Shown: positions 1-14,149, counted from the first letter of the stretch. The stretch: 64,000 bases of DNA from Rhizophagus irregularis (GCF_026210795.1 NC_089429.1:1488001-1552000); one strand, 5' to 3'. Numbers and translations are program-made. The notes: generated by a model from the sequence alone, not told the origin.

Positions 1-28
1 TGTAAAAAATAAATTACTACGTTTTGAC

Positions 29-165
29 TAGAGCTCCGAATGGGTCGGGTCAGGTTGGGTTTTTGACTTGACCTGACCCAATATTTTTTTTTCAGGTCAG
101 ACTAAATGTAACCCAATGTAAATTTATGATTTATCCGACCTGATCCGTGGGTCAAATCAACCTGA
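29..165. mobile_element. hAT transposon terminus with GGGTC/GACCC subterminal repeats
   Basis: Starts TAGAGCTCCGAATGGGTCGGGTCAGG, a TAGAG start typical of hAT. Clustered GGGTC/GACCC motifs follow. It lies just downstream of the 3' end of a hAT transposase relic. Confidence 0.65.
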
Positions 166-318
166 TTAATATATAAAATCAATTTAAATCGCAAATTGCA
201 AATATCATATTTTTATAATTTATTATATCGTTATATTATTTATTATTATAATGTAATTACTAATTAATATTAAAAAAAGATTAAATTTTAATTATATTAC
301 CAAATACTAGCGCTAATA

Positions 319-1095
319 TTAATTGCTAAACGGCCTAGAATACTTAATCCAATTTTTAAGCAACATACACGCTCAAATTGTTTCAATTCCTAAACTAGAA
401 CGCTTTTTTGTTATCAAATCGGCCCCACCTGAAAAAATTCTTTCAACAGGTACACTGGTTCCTAAAATCGAAAATCATACTATTGTTAATAATATAATTA
501 ATTAAAAATTAAATAAATAATCTTAATTTACATTTTACCTGGTATCGCTAAATAATCTCGCGCCATAGCTGCAAGACACGGATAAGTAGCTTCGTGCGCC
601 TAAAAAGAATATTTAGATAGTTAAATTATTTAAATTATGTATATATTATTCAGATAAAACTTTACAAATATACTTGCCTTCCACCATTGTAAAGGATTCA
701 TCTTAAAACTAACTACTGGTTTTCGAAGGTATTCATCCAATTCATCTTCTTCAGATGAATCATTACCAATTTCAAATAAGCTAAAAAAATTTTCCTGATC
801 ATTTTCTTGAACTTCTAAGTTGCTATTAATTAATAAAGGATCATTTTGGTAATGTTCATTGTATGTATCCTTGATAACTTTTATTGCAGCATCAATATAC
901 TCTTGCTCCCATTCCTGTTGAAGATAATACTTTAGTTTTATTCGTGGATCCAGTACTAAAAAAAAAATTATAATAAGTTAATAAATGCATAAACATATTA
1001 ATTATTAAACAATAAATAAAATAAAATAAAATATTCAATACTTGTAGCAATCGGGTAAACATGTGACTCGTCTGTTTTGGCGTAATACAATAAAA
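319..1095 (-). pseudogene. hAT transposase 3' part (C-terminal dimerisation domain), 5'-truncated, with premature stop
   Basis: Manual splicing gives YYAKTDESHVYPIAT|LDPRIKLKYY...DELDEYLRKP...NPLQWWK|AHEATYPCLAAMARDYLAIP|GTSVPVERIFSGGADLITKKRSSLGIETI*ACMLLKNW. LDPR, PLxWWK and AxxYLAIPxTSVPxERxFS are hAT motifs. In-frame TGA at 373-375. One intron uses a GC donor (677-676). Confidence 0.9.
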
Positions 1096-1719
1096 ATGTA
1101 ACACTTAAAAATCTTTCAACTCCTTAAAAAAATACAATTTAGAAAAAATAAACTGGTAACTTTATTCTTTGAGGTAAGCTCTATCAAATTACTGGTCAGA
1201 TTTTTAAAAGAAGATCTACGTAAAAAGTTATAAGCATTTGAAATTGCATGATTTTCATATGATCGGCCCAAATTTGAAACAAAATATGTTAGCCAGAACT
1301 TATGATAATTTTGGCTGACTCCCATGCATTGTGATAATGCCAGCCCGAATTATCATAATATGAATCAAATGTAATTTTTTTTTTAAAAAAAAATTTTATC
1401 AATGTATGACTAATATGAAATGGTAGTTGCGATTTATTGCTGAAATCTACTTTTTCTTATGTTTTATCTTATTTGTAATAAAAAATTTTCAAAATCTGCA
1501 TTTTATTAGTACTTTATACAAGAAATCCCAGTTTTTTATTGGCTGAATTCCCGATCACATGATATAGAATCAGCTCAGAAAATTGAAACAAAATCACGTG
1601 ATTGTCGAGTATAGACTTCCGGCACCATACAATTATTTTTTTTTTAAAAAAAAAAATTTAAATTATAGATTTTATCCTTTTTGTCCTTTCACTTCAACTC
1701 GGCAATAAGAATGTAAATA

Positions 1720-1905
1720 CAGTCATCCTCCCATATAATCACACCCTTCGGGACCATAAAAAAATGGTGTGACTATAAAAATTATATATAATGTGATTAA
1801 AGGGAAGGTTTTTTTAATAAGTTTATTAGTAACTTGGGATTAATGTAAATGTGCTTATAAGGGAGTTGTGATTATACAGGGGGTGACTATATGGGAGGAC
1901 GACTG
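1720..1905. mobile_element. Tc1/mariner-type MITE (186 bp)
   Basis: TIRs CAGTCATCCTCCCATATAATCAC and GTGACTATATGGGAGGACGACTG, with TA on both sides (1718-1719 and 1906-1907). Confidence 0.85.
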
Positions 1906-2315
1906 TATAACAATTTTTTTTATTAATCCATTAACGAAAATATTATCTGAAATAAAATTGTGTTCAAATTTACCTAATGTTAAAAAGTAATAGTTGTTAA
2001 TTTATTTATATATAGCAAAAATGTATAATAACAAATTGTGACTTTTATACACATGTTAAATTTAAATGGTAGTCAATAAATTGTGTAATTAAACATAAGA
2101 TATTTTGATATATTTGATATATATATATAGTTGGAGCTTACTTAAGAATCATAAACTTCGTAGCCACGCTCAATTAAGGCAATGTATTACTAGACCTACA
2201 CTAAAGATGACTTTAGCAAGGCTTTCTTTGTGAATTAAAGAAATTTCATACACTTTGCCAGCTGGTGGGATAGCTTATGACCTTTAACCTCAAATCTGTT
2301 ATACTAATAAACCCA

Positions 2316-2594
2316 CACTGGTAAAAAAATGATTTATCCTACACATATCTTACACATATTGGGTACTTAAAATGTAGAAAATCATACACAAATAATACAC
2401 ATATCATACACATATCGGGTACTAATATATATATCATACATATATCAGGTACCTGATAGGTATACTATATATATAAGTACCTGATATGTGTATGATATGT
2501 GTATTATTTGTGTATGATTTTCTACATTTTGAGTACCCGATATATGTAAGATATGTGTAGGATATGTGTAGGATAGACCATTTTTTTACCAGTG
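2316..2594. mobile_element. CACTA-superfamily (CACTG) foldback MITE, 279 bp
   Basis: CACTGGTAAAAAAA...TTTTTTTACCAGTG termini and a perfect 3-bp TSD CCA (2313-2315 and 2595-2597). Nearly the whole element is palindromic, with ACACATATC subterminal repeats. Confidence 0.9.
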
Positions 2595-3306
2595 CCAGTC
2601 TGTTTGCACCACTAATAAAAAGTATAAGTATAGTTAAGGTAATTCAAAGAATCCCTAAAAAGAAAAAAATTAAATGAGCAATTAGTAAACATTCATCATA
2701 TTAAAATAAAAAAAAAAAATAAAATACTTTCATTTTGTTTATAATCACATGGTATCAATTGAGATAACAGTTCACACTTCAGACTTGTACAGACAATCCC
2801 GGAGCCATACGATCATCAATATATCAATTATCAACCAAATTTTACACGTCTAGATCCATCTAAAGAGCAAATATTCATCGGAAATCCAAAAATTTTAAGC
2901 TTCTTACTCTAGTGGTTCCTGTCTAATCTCGTCAAAGATTAGCTTTAAATACTTTTTTTAAAAAAGAGATGAAATGATTTAAAGAATAATAAAATATAAT
3001 TGTTTCAATCTAAAAGTGTATAAGATATAATTGTAAAGAATATGTAAAATAAACATTTAAAATGCATTAAATATATAATATTATACAGAGTTCATAAAGA
3101 ATAAAATGAGTTAATTAATTAAAGTATATGGTTTATTCATTCTAATCTAATGAAAGTCTCAAGGCAACGTTATTAAGCTTCTTAATAGACTTGATATTAT
3201 ATTTAGTATAACTGATAATGTATTCTCTGACGAATACATATCATTATTTATATTATTTGTATTAGATATATATATGTATGTATATATATGAGCACATATA
3301 TAAATA

Positions 3307-5890
3307 TCATTAAAAATATAAAAAAAAAAAATTTTATTTCGGGGAAGCCTCCTATTTATACTATTTTATATAAAATTATATATCACATGAATCATGTGAT
3401 ACAATATTAATATAACCGCAGCCACAGCCGCAGTTATTTATTTAAACTAAAAATAAGCTTTTTCCTTTTTGGGTTCGATTTTGATATAGTAAGTTTTACG
3501 AACAAATTTTTACTTTTTTTTTTGAGAAAAGTTACTAACTTTTCTCATTTCTTTGTAGGTTCCATTTTTTTTTTGAATATAGAAAGTTTCGCAATTTTTG
3601 CAAAACTTATTTTTTAAGAAACCAGATTTCGGTAAATATATTTTTCATTCTTTTTTTTTAATATTTTAATGAACTATTATTAACAGTTTAGTTCTTTTTT
3701 TAGGTAATTCTTTGAGTCTCTTTGGATGTGAAAATTCGGCAAGTAAAATTTTTATTTTTTTCTTTTTTAGTTTAATAATAAATAGTTACTAACTGTTCAT
3801 TTTTTCTCTTTTTTAGATGGTTCTATCAGGTTTTTTTAGAGGTTACATTCTGGTAAGTTTTTGACTATTTTTTTATTTAACTCTTCCATCTTTCAACGAA
3901 CAGTTTCTAATACATTTCTTTTTTTTTTTAGACAGTTTTTCGGATTTCTTAAGATATTGGATTTTGGTAAGTATATGTTTTCACTTTTCAAAATTTTTTT
4001 CGCCTTTTAACAAATGGTTTCTAACAGTTCATTTTATGTTTTTTAAGGCGTTCTCTCAAATCTTTGGATATGAAATTTTGATAAGTAATTTTAATTTTTT
4101 TTCTTAATAATTTTATTTTAACAACTTATTAACAGTTTATTCTTTGGTTTTTCTCTTTTAGGTTTTGCCGATTCTTTCTGGAAATAGAGGTGGCTATTAA
4201 AGATCAATGGAGTGCCAAAAAAGTTAAGTGTAAAGACGTATCAAAAAAGTTGGCTGATAATCATCCATTTTATCAAAATCTCTATAGAGCTTATGCAGAT
4301 TATTTAAATTAAAGTGCAGCAATATTGAACAAAAACAGAGAATTTTATAGTTCAATTTCATACATGGTTATTAAAGACAATCAAGAACCTGTACGATTGA
4401 AATTTCATATTGGCGATATTGTAGATCTAAATGAAAAATCTAAAGGTGTCGCATATGCTAAAATTGAATTTATTATTTAACATAAAGCAAACAATGGTCA
4501 AATTTTACACTATTTTTTATTTAATTTCAGGTGACGAACTATGTTGATTTTATATCAAGATGTCCACTTTATAATATTCAGAAGCTGGAAGAATCACGTT
4601 AGTTTTGAATCTTTCCAATCAATTTTATTGATCACATGTCTCAAATTCACTTTATTCACGAATATAAAAGTACATGTAGCACCAAGCATGATGAGGCTAA
4701 TTGAAGTTATGTTTTAAATAGTTTTTATTATACTGCAGTTTAATCAGCTAGACAACTATATTGCTAACATTATGTTATTATATTACACTAGAGAAATTCT
4801 TTCAAAAATCAAGTCGTAGATGAATTTATTGGAGGAAATTTTAATTTAAATCGAAATTTTTATCATACAATCATTATATTATTTTATTATTTTTGAAACA
4901 TGGCTATTATATTATTTTATTATTATTACTCTGTCTTCGATATATTTTCAATATATGATTGTTATATAAAATTGAATTTCTATTATATTATTGATACATA
5001 TTTACCATATGATGGCTATATAAAATTAATATTTCAAATAATATTTTTATCATATCTCTGACACATATTTGGCATATAATAACCATATAAATTTAACATT
5101 CAAAATAATATTTTACCATGTCTCTAACATATAGTTACTATATAAAAATAAGATTTTTATATTATATGTTCAACATATTGTCAGCATATAGTTAAAACAG
5201 AGATAACATAAATAGGAATATCATATGTCTGGTATATTTTAAAAATATCGCCAACATACAGTATTTTGTAAAAACCAAAGGTTTCTGCAAAGAAGTAATA
5301 GGAGGTGAAAAATGATGAGAGATAAAAAATAAAAAAATGATCATGATAGGAGGTTGGGTAGCAAAAGATAATGATAGGAAACTAAGTAAAAAATAAACCA
5401 TAAAGTAAAAAAAATGAAGTTAGTAAAAAACGAAATATAAGATAGAAGCAAAAAAAAAAATAAATAAATAAAAAATAAAAAACATACCTTTATTAATTGT
5501 AGAACTGGAAGGACTATGCTAAAAGACCTAAAAATAATGAAATAGAGTTAGTAGGAAACAAAGTGTAAGGATGTAAGTTAGAAATAAAAATAAAAAGAAA
5601 AAAAGAAAAATACCTCGAGACTGAAATAATGAGAAAACGAACCTTGAACCTATAATGAAAATGAGATTCTATAAACAAATAAATCTGCTGCATGATTGAA
5701 GATCCAGGCGATGTTTACCAATTCCCAATATAATTTATATCATTCTAATATTATAATTATAATTTTAGTACGTATTATTTTGTTAACTAATTATTACCTA
5801 TATTAATTTACTTAGTATTACATTATAATACTAAAATTTTCTATTTAAACAAACTCATTGGTCCGGTTCAGAGCAACGGGTAACTGCTAG
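3307..5890 (+). mobile_element. Putative non-autonomous Helitron (~2.6 kb) with captured gene fragment
   Basis: The 3' end has an imperfect GC hairpin CCGGTTCAGAGCAACGGG followed by CTAG|T at 5887-5891. The candidate 5' end is A|TCATTAAAAATATAAAA at 3307. The 3' end is better supported than the 5' end. Confidence 0.55.
4162..4743 (+). pseudogene. Degraded 3' coding fragment, probably from a transposon-associated gene
   Basis: Reads EIEVAIKDQWSAKK...LKFHIGDIVDLNEKS*GVAYAKIEFII*HKANNG...CPLYNIQKLEESR*F*IFPINFIDH...HFIHEYKSTCSTKHDEAN*SYVLNSFYYTAV*. It has several stops explicable as TGG>TAG or CGA>TGA. Confidence 0.65.
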
Positions 5891-6009
5891 TAATAACTTA
5901 AATTTATAAATAATTCCTTTTAAGTTTAATAATAAATAAACAAAAAAGAATTAATATCTTCTATAAAAAATAATAACAATTATATTTCATAAATTAAACA
6001 ATCAATAAT

Positions 6010-9000
6010 TTAAAAACCTACTCTGTTATTAAAAGGCTATAGACTATAATTTAACTATATTAGTAATAAATTAAATATATTTTAGTAATAATATAATAAT
6101 ACAAAATTTAATTGATGAGAATTATAACTTACTGCAAAGATCAGATAATTGAGGTTCGGTGCTAATTTGCAATTCAGAAGTTAAATTTTCATTATCTTTT
6201 AGGGTGATGAATGATTTTTGTTAGTATATTGTTAAGTACTAATTAACGATAAAATATAAAAATATTTAGATATATACCTTTTATCGATTCATTTCTAATG
6301 TTAATTCCGAAACCCATTTTTTCAAACTCATCTAATATTTCACTGATAATTGGTCTTTGCTCAGGTTCTTGATTCCAGCAATTTTTATAAAGTTTTTCAT
6401 ATTCCTTAGGAGTATCAGGAATTGTATCTTCACGAACACCATCGTTAATTTTACAAGCAAGTGCAACATTGTTATCACTCTCTTTAAATGGAGGATATCC
6501 ACTAGAAATTTCCCACATTAATACACCAAAACTATATATATCTGATGATTTAGTATATAAAAAATTCTCATCTAAAAGACGTTTTGGTTCCATATAAGAA
6601 GTAACACCAAAATTTCCCTTATAAACTGTTGTATTTGGATCATTTTGAATTTTTGAAATACCAAAATCTGTAATCTTAGCATTATGCTCATGAATAAGTA
6701 TATTTTTAGAATGCTAATATAAAAAATAATGTATCATAGTTAGTAATTAGCAATTAGTATTGTGGTAAAATAATAATTATGATAATACTCACAAGATCTC
6801 TATGCAAAATATTTTCGTTGTGCAAATAATTTAATCCTTCTGCAATTTGAAATGCTAATTTTTTCTTATCATCCCAAGTTAAATTCTTAAAATTATCTTT
6901 GAGATATTTTTGAAGGTTACTACCATCAGCATATTGCATTAAAAGAAAATAATCATCTTTTAAAGGATCTATAAAAATTTAATAACAATTGTTTAAAATA
7001 TAAAGTAAAAAATAAGACAATTATAATTCTTTTATTACCTAAACTAATTCCTAAACAGCGTATAATTCTATTACTGTAATCAAGCTGCAAATGTATTTTT
7101 AATTCATGAATAAAAGCATCCAATAAATTATGTTTAATATCTGTTGTGTTGGTTAACTTTTTACAAATAACATAATCATGTATTCTATTCCAAATTGCTC
7201 TACTGATTTGTCCAAATCCTCCTTTATCTATAGGTTCTATACTCTGTAACTCATCATAAGATATATATTTAACTTGTTTATATTTTATGGCGTTTTTGAT
7301 CCATTCTGTTGCATTCTCACTTTCTTTTTCTGCCTTTTCAAAACTCCCACATGTTTTATCTTCGTCAATGTCTATAGGGGGTTGTGTTTCCTCATTTTTA
7401 TTCGCTAATGCTTTTTGAAACCAATAAAAAGATTTAACCTCGTCCTTTTTAGTAACAGTCCCATTACTAAAATAAATACTTAATTTATATTGTGCACCTT
7501 TGTTTCCACTCTCTGCTGCCTTTTGATACCAATAAAAAGCTTTGGTCTCGTCTTTTTCAATACCAATTCCATTTTCATAACACAAACCCAATTTATATCG
7601 TGCATCACTATTTTCATTTTCTGCAGCTTTTTGATACCAATAAAAAGCTTTAATTTCATTTTTTTCAATCATACCAAATCCATCTTCATGACATAAACCT
7701 AAATTATATTGTGCATTTATATTTCCATTTTCTGCTGCTTTTTGATAATAGTTAAAAGCTTGATTATCATTTTTTCCAATACCATTTCCATATTTATAAC
7801 ATAAACCTAAACTATATTGTGCATTTTCATTTTGATTTTCTGCTGCTTTTTGATACCAATAAAAAGCTTTTCCTAAATCTTTTTCAATACCAATTCCATT
7901 CTCACAACATAGACCTAAATTATATTGTGCATCATTATTTCCATTTTCCGCAGCTTTTTTATACCAATTAAATGCAGTTACTTCATCTTTTATAATACCA
8001 ATTCCATTTTCATAACAAAAACCCAAACTATGTTGTGCATTATTATTTCCAGATTCTGCTGCTTTTTGGTAGCAGATAAAAGCTTGAATATCATTTTTTT
8101 CAATACCAATTCCATTTTCATAACATAAGCCTAAATTATATTGTGCATTTTCATTTTTATTTTCTGCTGCTTTTTGATACCAATAAAAAGCTTTTTCTAA
8201 ATCTTTTTCAATACTAACTCCATTTTCATAATATAAACCTAAATTATATTGTGCATTTTCATTTTGATTTTCTGCTGCCTTTTTATTCCAATAAAAAGAC
8301 TTAACGTCACTTTTTTCAATGCCAATACCATTTTTATAACATAAACTCAATCTATATTGTCCATTGCTGTTTTTATTTTCTGATGCCCTTTGATACCAAT
8401 AATAAGCCAAAATATTATCTTTAATAGTGCCAACTTCATTTTCATAACATAAGCCTAAATTATATTGTGCACTTTCATTTCCGTTTTTTGCTGCTTTTTG
8501 ATACCAATAAAATGCTTGAACATTATTTTTCCCAATACCAATTCCATTCTCATAATATAAACCCAAACTATGTTGTGCATTTTTATTTCCATATTCTGCT
8601 GCTTTTTGATAACAGTGAAAAGCTTGTTTATTATTTTTTTCAATACCAATTCCGTTTTCATAACATAAAGCTAAATTATATTGCACAAGTTTGTTTCCAT
8701 TGTCTACGGCTTTCTGATACCAATAAAAAGCTTTAGCTTCATTTTTTTCAATACCAATTCCATTCTCATAACATAAGCCTAAATTATATTGTGCATTTTC
8801 ATTTTGATTTTCTGCTGCTTTTTGATACCAATAAAAAGCTTTTTCTAAATCTTTTTCAATACCAATCCTATTCTGATGACATAAAGCTAAATTATATTGT
8901 GCATTACTGTTTTCATTTTCTGCTGCTTTTTGATACCAATAAAAAGCTTTTTCTAAATCCTTTTCAATACCAATTCCATCTTCATAATATAAACCTAAAT

Positions 9001-12000
9001 TATATTGTGCATTTACATTTTCATTTTCTGCTGCTTTTTGATACCAATAAAGAGATTTTACATCACTTTTTTCAATGCCAGTACCATTTTTATAACATAA
9101 ACCCAATATATATTGTGCATTACTGTTTTTATTTTCTGCTGCTTTTTGATACCAATAAAAAGCTTTAGCTTCATTCTTTTCAACTCCAGTTCCATTCTCA
9201 TAACATAGACCTAAATTACATTGCGCATTTTCATTTTCATTTTCTGCTGCTTTTTCATACCAATGAAATGCTTGAACATTATTTTTCGCAATACCAATTC
9301 CATTCTCATAACATAAACCTAAGCTATATTGTGCATTTTTATTTCCATATTCTGCTGCTTTTTGATAACAGTTAAAGGCCTGAATATCATTTTTTATAGT
9401 ACAAATTCCATTCTCATAAAATAAACCCAAATTATATTGTGCATTTTCATTTTTATTTTTTACTGCTTTTTCATACCATTCAAAAGCTTTAGCATTATCC
9501 TTTTCAATACCAATTCCATTCTCATAACATACAGCTAAATTATATTGTGCGAATTTATTTCCATTTTCTGCTGCTTTTTGATACCAATTAAATGCAGTTA
9601 CTTCATCTTTTATAATACCAATTCCATTTTCATAACATAAGCCTAAATTATATTGTGCATTTTCATTTTCATTTTTCGCTGCTTTTTGATACCAATAAAA
9701 GGCTTTTTCTAAGTCTTTTTCAATTTCATTTCCATTTTCATAATATAGGCCTAAATGATACTGTGCTTCATTATTTTCATTTTCTGCTGCTTTTTGAAGC
9801 CAATCAAATGCTTTATTTATATCTTTTTCAACTCCATTTCCATTCTTATAACATAAACTTATACTAAATTGTGCACTACTATTTCCACTTTTTGCTGCTT
9901 TATGATACCAATGAAAAGCTTCAGCTTCATTCTTTTCAACTCCAATTCCATTCTCATAACATAAACCTAAATTATATTGTGCATTATTATTATTTTCATT
10001 TTCTGCTACTTTTTGATAACAGTTAAAAGCCTGAAGTTTATTTATTTCAGTTCCAATTCCATTTTCATAACACAAACCTAGCTTATATTGCGCATTATTA
10101 TTTCCATTTGTTGTAGCAGATTGATACCAATTAAAAGCTTCGAATTTATCAATAATATGAATTCCATTTCTAAAATATAAACTCAAGTTGTATTGTATAT
10201 TTTTATTTTCATTCTGTACTACATTTTGATGATAAAAAGCTTTGCTCTTATTCCTTTTAATGCCAGAATTCTTTTTTGCTTCTTGATATAAATAAGAAGA
10301 TATTTCTTTATTTTTTTCAGTACCTATTCCATTCTTGTAACACATGCTTAAACGATATTGTGCCATTTTATTCTCATTTTCAGCTGCCTTTTGATACCAA
10401 TAAAAAGTTTTTTTTAAATCTTTGTCAACACCAACCCCCTTCTCATAACACACACCTAGTTTATATTGTGCATCCTCATTTTCATTTTCTGCTGCTTTTT
10501 GATACCAACTAAATGCTAAACCATTATCTTTAAAAGTACCAATTCCATTTTCATAACATAAGCCCAATCTGTATTGTGCATTGCTATCATTTACTGCTGC
10601 ACTTTCATATAAATTAAATGCAGCTACTTTATTTTTTTTAATACCAACTCCATTTTCATAGTACAATCCTAAATTATAATTTGCATTAGTATTTCCATTT
10701 TCTACTGCTTTTTGAAACCAATAAAAAGCTTTAGCTGTATTCTTTTCAATACCAATCCCATTTTCAAAGCATAAACCTAAATTATATTGTGCATTACTAT
10801 TTTCTTTTTCTGCTGCTTTTTTATACAAATAAAAAGCTTTAGTCTCATCTTTTTCAACACCAGTTCCATTTTCATAACATAAACCCAACTCATATTGTGC
10901 ATTTTTTTCATTTCCGGCGGCTTTTTGAAACCAATACAAAGCTTTAATTTCATCTTTATCAACGTTATTTCCATTTTTAAACCATAGCCCTAACTCATAT
11001 TGTGCATTACTGTCCTTACTTTTTGCAGCCTTTTGAAGCCAATAAAAAGCTTTAGCTTTATTTTCTTTTATTTCAAATCCATTTTCATAACACAAACCTA
11101 AATCATATTGTGCAATTTCGTTACCACTTAGTGCGGCTTTATGAAGCCAATAAAAGGCTTTACCTTCATCTTTTTCAATTTTAGTTTCATTTTTATACCA
11201 TAAACTTAAATTATATTGTGCATGACTATTTTCATTTTTTGCTGCTTTTTTATACCAATAAAAAGCTTTAGTCTCATCTTTTTCAGTACCAATTCCATTT
11301 TCATAATATAAGCCCAAACTATATTGTGCATCACTATTTCTATTTACTTTTTGATGCCAAGATATATCTATAATTTTACCCTTTTCAATACTTATAATTT
11401 CATTTTCATAGCACAAATTCAAACTATACTGTGCATTATTATTTTCGTTATCCACAGCTTCCTGATTCCAATAAAAAGCTTTAGCTTCATTCTTTTCAGC
11501 ACCAATTCCATTTTTATAACACAAGCTTAAACTATACTGAGCATTACTATTTCCATTTTCTGCTGCTTTTTGATACAAATCAAAAGCTTTAGTCTCATTC
11601 TTTTCAACATTAGTTCCATTTTCATAACATAAACCCAAAATATATTGTGCATTATTATTTTCATTTTCTGATGACTTTTGATACCAATAAAAAGCTTTAG
11701 CTGTATCCCTTTCCATACCAATCCCACTATCATAGAATGAACCTAATTTATATTGTGCATTACTATTTTCTTTTTCCGCAGCTTTTTGATACCAATAAAA
11801 AGCTTTAATCTCATCTTTTTCAATACCAATTCCATTTTCATAACACAAACCCAAATTATATCGTGCATCATTATTTTCATTTTCTGCAGCTCTTTGATAC
11901 CAATAAAAAGCTTTATCTTCATTCTTTTCAATACCTATTCCATTTTTATAACACAAATTTAAATTATATTGAGCATTGCCATTTCCATTTTCTGCTGCCT

Positions 12001-12790
12001 TTTGATACCAATAAAATGCAGTTGTTTCATTTTTTTCAATACCAATTCCATTTTTATAACATAATCCTAAACTATTTTGTGCATTACTATTTCCATTTTC
12101 TGCTGCTTTTTGATAACAATAAAAAGCTTTAAATTCATCTACTTTAATACCGATTCCATTTTCACAACATAAACCTAAATTATATTGTGCATCATTATTT
12201 CCATTTTCCGCAGCTTTTTCATACCAATAAAAAGCTCCAACTTCATCTATTTTAGTACCAATTCCATTCTCACAACATACGGCTAAATTATATTTTGCGG
12301 ATTTATTTCCATTTTCTGCTGCTTTTTGATACCAATTAAATGCAGTTTCTTCATCTTTTTCAATACCTATTCCATTTTCATAACATAATCCTAAATTATA
12401 TTGAGCATTACCATTTCCATTTTCTGCTGCTTTTTGGTGCCAATAAAAAGCTTTAGTTTCATCTATTTTAATACCAATTCCATTTTTATAACATAAACTC
12501 AAATTATATTGTGCATCGTTATTTCCATTTTCCGCAGCTTTTTCATACCAATAAAAAGCTTCAACTTCTTCCATTTCAATACCAATTCCTTTCTCATAAC
12601 ATAAACCTAAACTATATTGTGCATCTATATTTTTATTTTCTACTGCTTTTTGATACCAATAAAAAGCTTTAGCCTCATCTTTTTTAATACCAATTCCATT
12701 CTCATAGCATAGTCCCAAATTATATTGTGCATTATTATCTCCGTTTTTCGCTGCTTTTTGGTGCCGTTTAAACTGATATGTTTTTAACAT
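6010..12790 (-). CDS. Sel1-like repeat protein (~50 x 36-aa units) with C-terminal tyrosine-kinase-like protein kinase
   Basis: Giant exon 12790-7039 with repeats of consensus AQYNLGLCYENGIGIEKDxxKAFYWYQKAAENGN, then DKGGFGQI and VICKKL. Exons 6968-6793 (MQYADGSNL..HRDL), 6713-6278 (HSKNILI..DFG..SDIYSFG) and 6195-6133 are joined by GT-AG introns. The last short exon (~6010-6025) and the true start are uncertain. Confidence 0.92.
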
Positions 12791-12919
12791 TTCTAATAAA
12801 AGAAAATAAATTTATTAAGAAAGTGTTTTATAGAAAAACTAATTGCTTCGCAATAAGCTAAAGAAAAATTTATATATAAGTTTTCTGTCATACAAGGGTA
12901 CAGTATTTCGTGTTTCGTG

Positions 12920-13385
12920 TCCACTGTCCAATAACAATATTTTTTAATTTGTTACAATGTTTGATATAGGGGTGATTTCGCGGCCAATAACAAATATTTT
13001 TTTATTATACATTTTATTTTTGATGTAGTGGTAATTTCGTGGAACAATTTTTTTTATTGTCTATTTTTTTTTGCCATACATGAATCAATATTTGATATAG
13101 GCAAATATTTTTAATTATACAGTACATTTATTTTGCAATGCATGAATCAATTTGGTAATTTTGCGTCCAATAACAATTTTTTTATAGTCCATTTTTTTTT
13201 TTGCCATACATGAATCAATATTGGGCTAATAACAAATATTTTTGATTATATATTTATTTTGCAATACATGAATCAATTTGGTAATTTCGCGTCCAATAAC
13301 AATTTTTTTTATTGTCCATTTTCTTTTTGTCACACATAAATCAATATTTGTGGCAATAACAAATTTTTTGATTATAAATTTTAGG
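12920..13385. repeat. Degenerate ~60/120-bp tandem repeat upstream of the Sel1-kinase gene
   Basis: Recurrent CCAATAACAATTTTTT...CATGAATCAAT...GGTAATTTCGCG blocks. Confidence 0.7.
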
Positions 13386-13737
13386 ATGTAGAGTTACACT
13401 CAAGACGGGAATGCATATGTAATAATGCGTAGATCATTCCTTTTTTGGATAATCCCAGGCGGTACTACGTAATTCTGGTGCGTAGAGCTACTAATAATAA
13501 ATGAGTGCCGATCTCTTGCTACCCTTGTACTAACTGCTAAATGCAAAATGTATAGTTTATTGCCGATCTAGTCTAAAGTTTATACACGGACCCCGGAAAA
13601 GTCTCATGTACAAAATAATCACGTAGATCTTTCCTTTTACGGATAATTTCCTGTAATTCTAGTCAAGAAATTATTTCTGAAAGAGATGCTTAGAGCTAAT
13701 AGTAAAATTTTTTTAGCCGTACTTCATAAAATTGAAA

Positions 13738-14149
13738 GGGTATTGCTAAATCTCACCAGTGGTGATTATTACCACCGGTGACTGTCACCACTTAATTCCG
13801 GCCAAAATTACAATTTGGCCGAAGTTATAAAATGCTTGTTTATAATTTTGGCCAGAGTTAAAAAATACTGATCGCAAAATTTAACTTAAATAATATATAT
13901 GTCAACAAATATTTATTTGACATTTACTATGACAAAATTTTAAATTTTTGTTAAAAAAATCTTTTAGTAAAGTGAAAAAATTAAAAAATCAAAATATTGT
14001 ATTTTTATCTGAAAAACAGCATATAGGATGATTGTTTAATATGTGTAGTTGATTATTTAATTTAATATTAATCTTATAAAATTCAAAAAATCAGACTAAT
14101 GAAAATCACCGGTGGTGACAATCACCACTGGTGACATTAAGACATTCTC
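13738..14149. mobile_element. Older Mutator-type MITE (family of 35224-35367)
   Basis: GGGTATTGCTAAATCTCACCAGTGGTGAT...ATCACCACTGGTGACATTAAGACATTCTC. The 9-bp flanks match only partly (AAATTGAAA vs ATGCTGAAA). Confidence 0.65.

Noticed and set aside
7480..12132. Many short overlapping ORFs on both strands
   Set aside because: Shadow frames of the Sel1 repeat exon.
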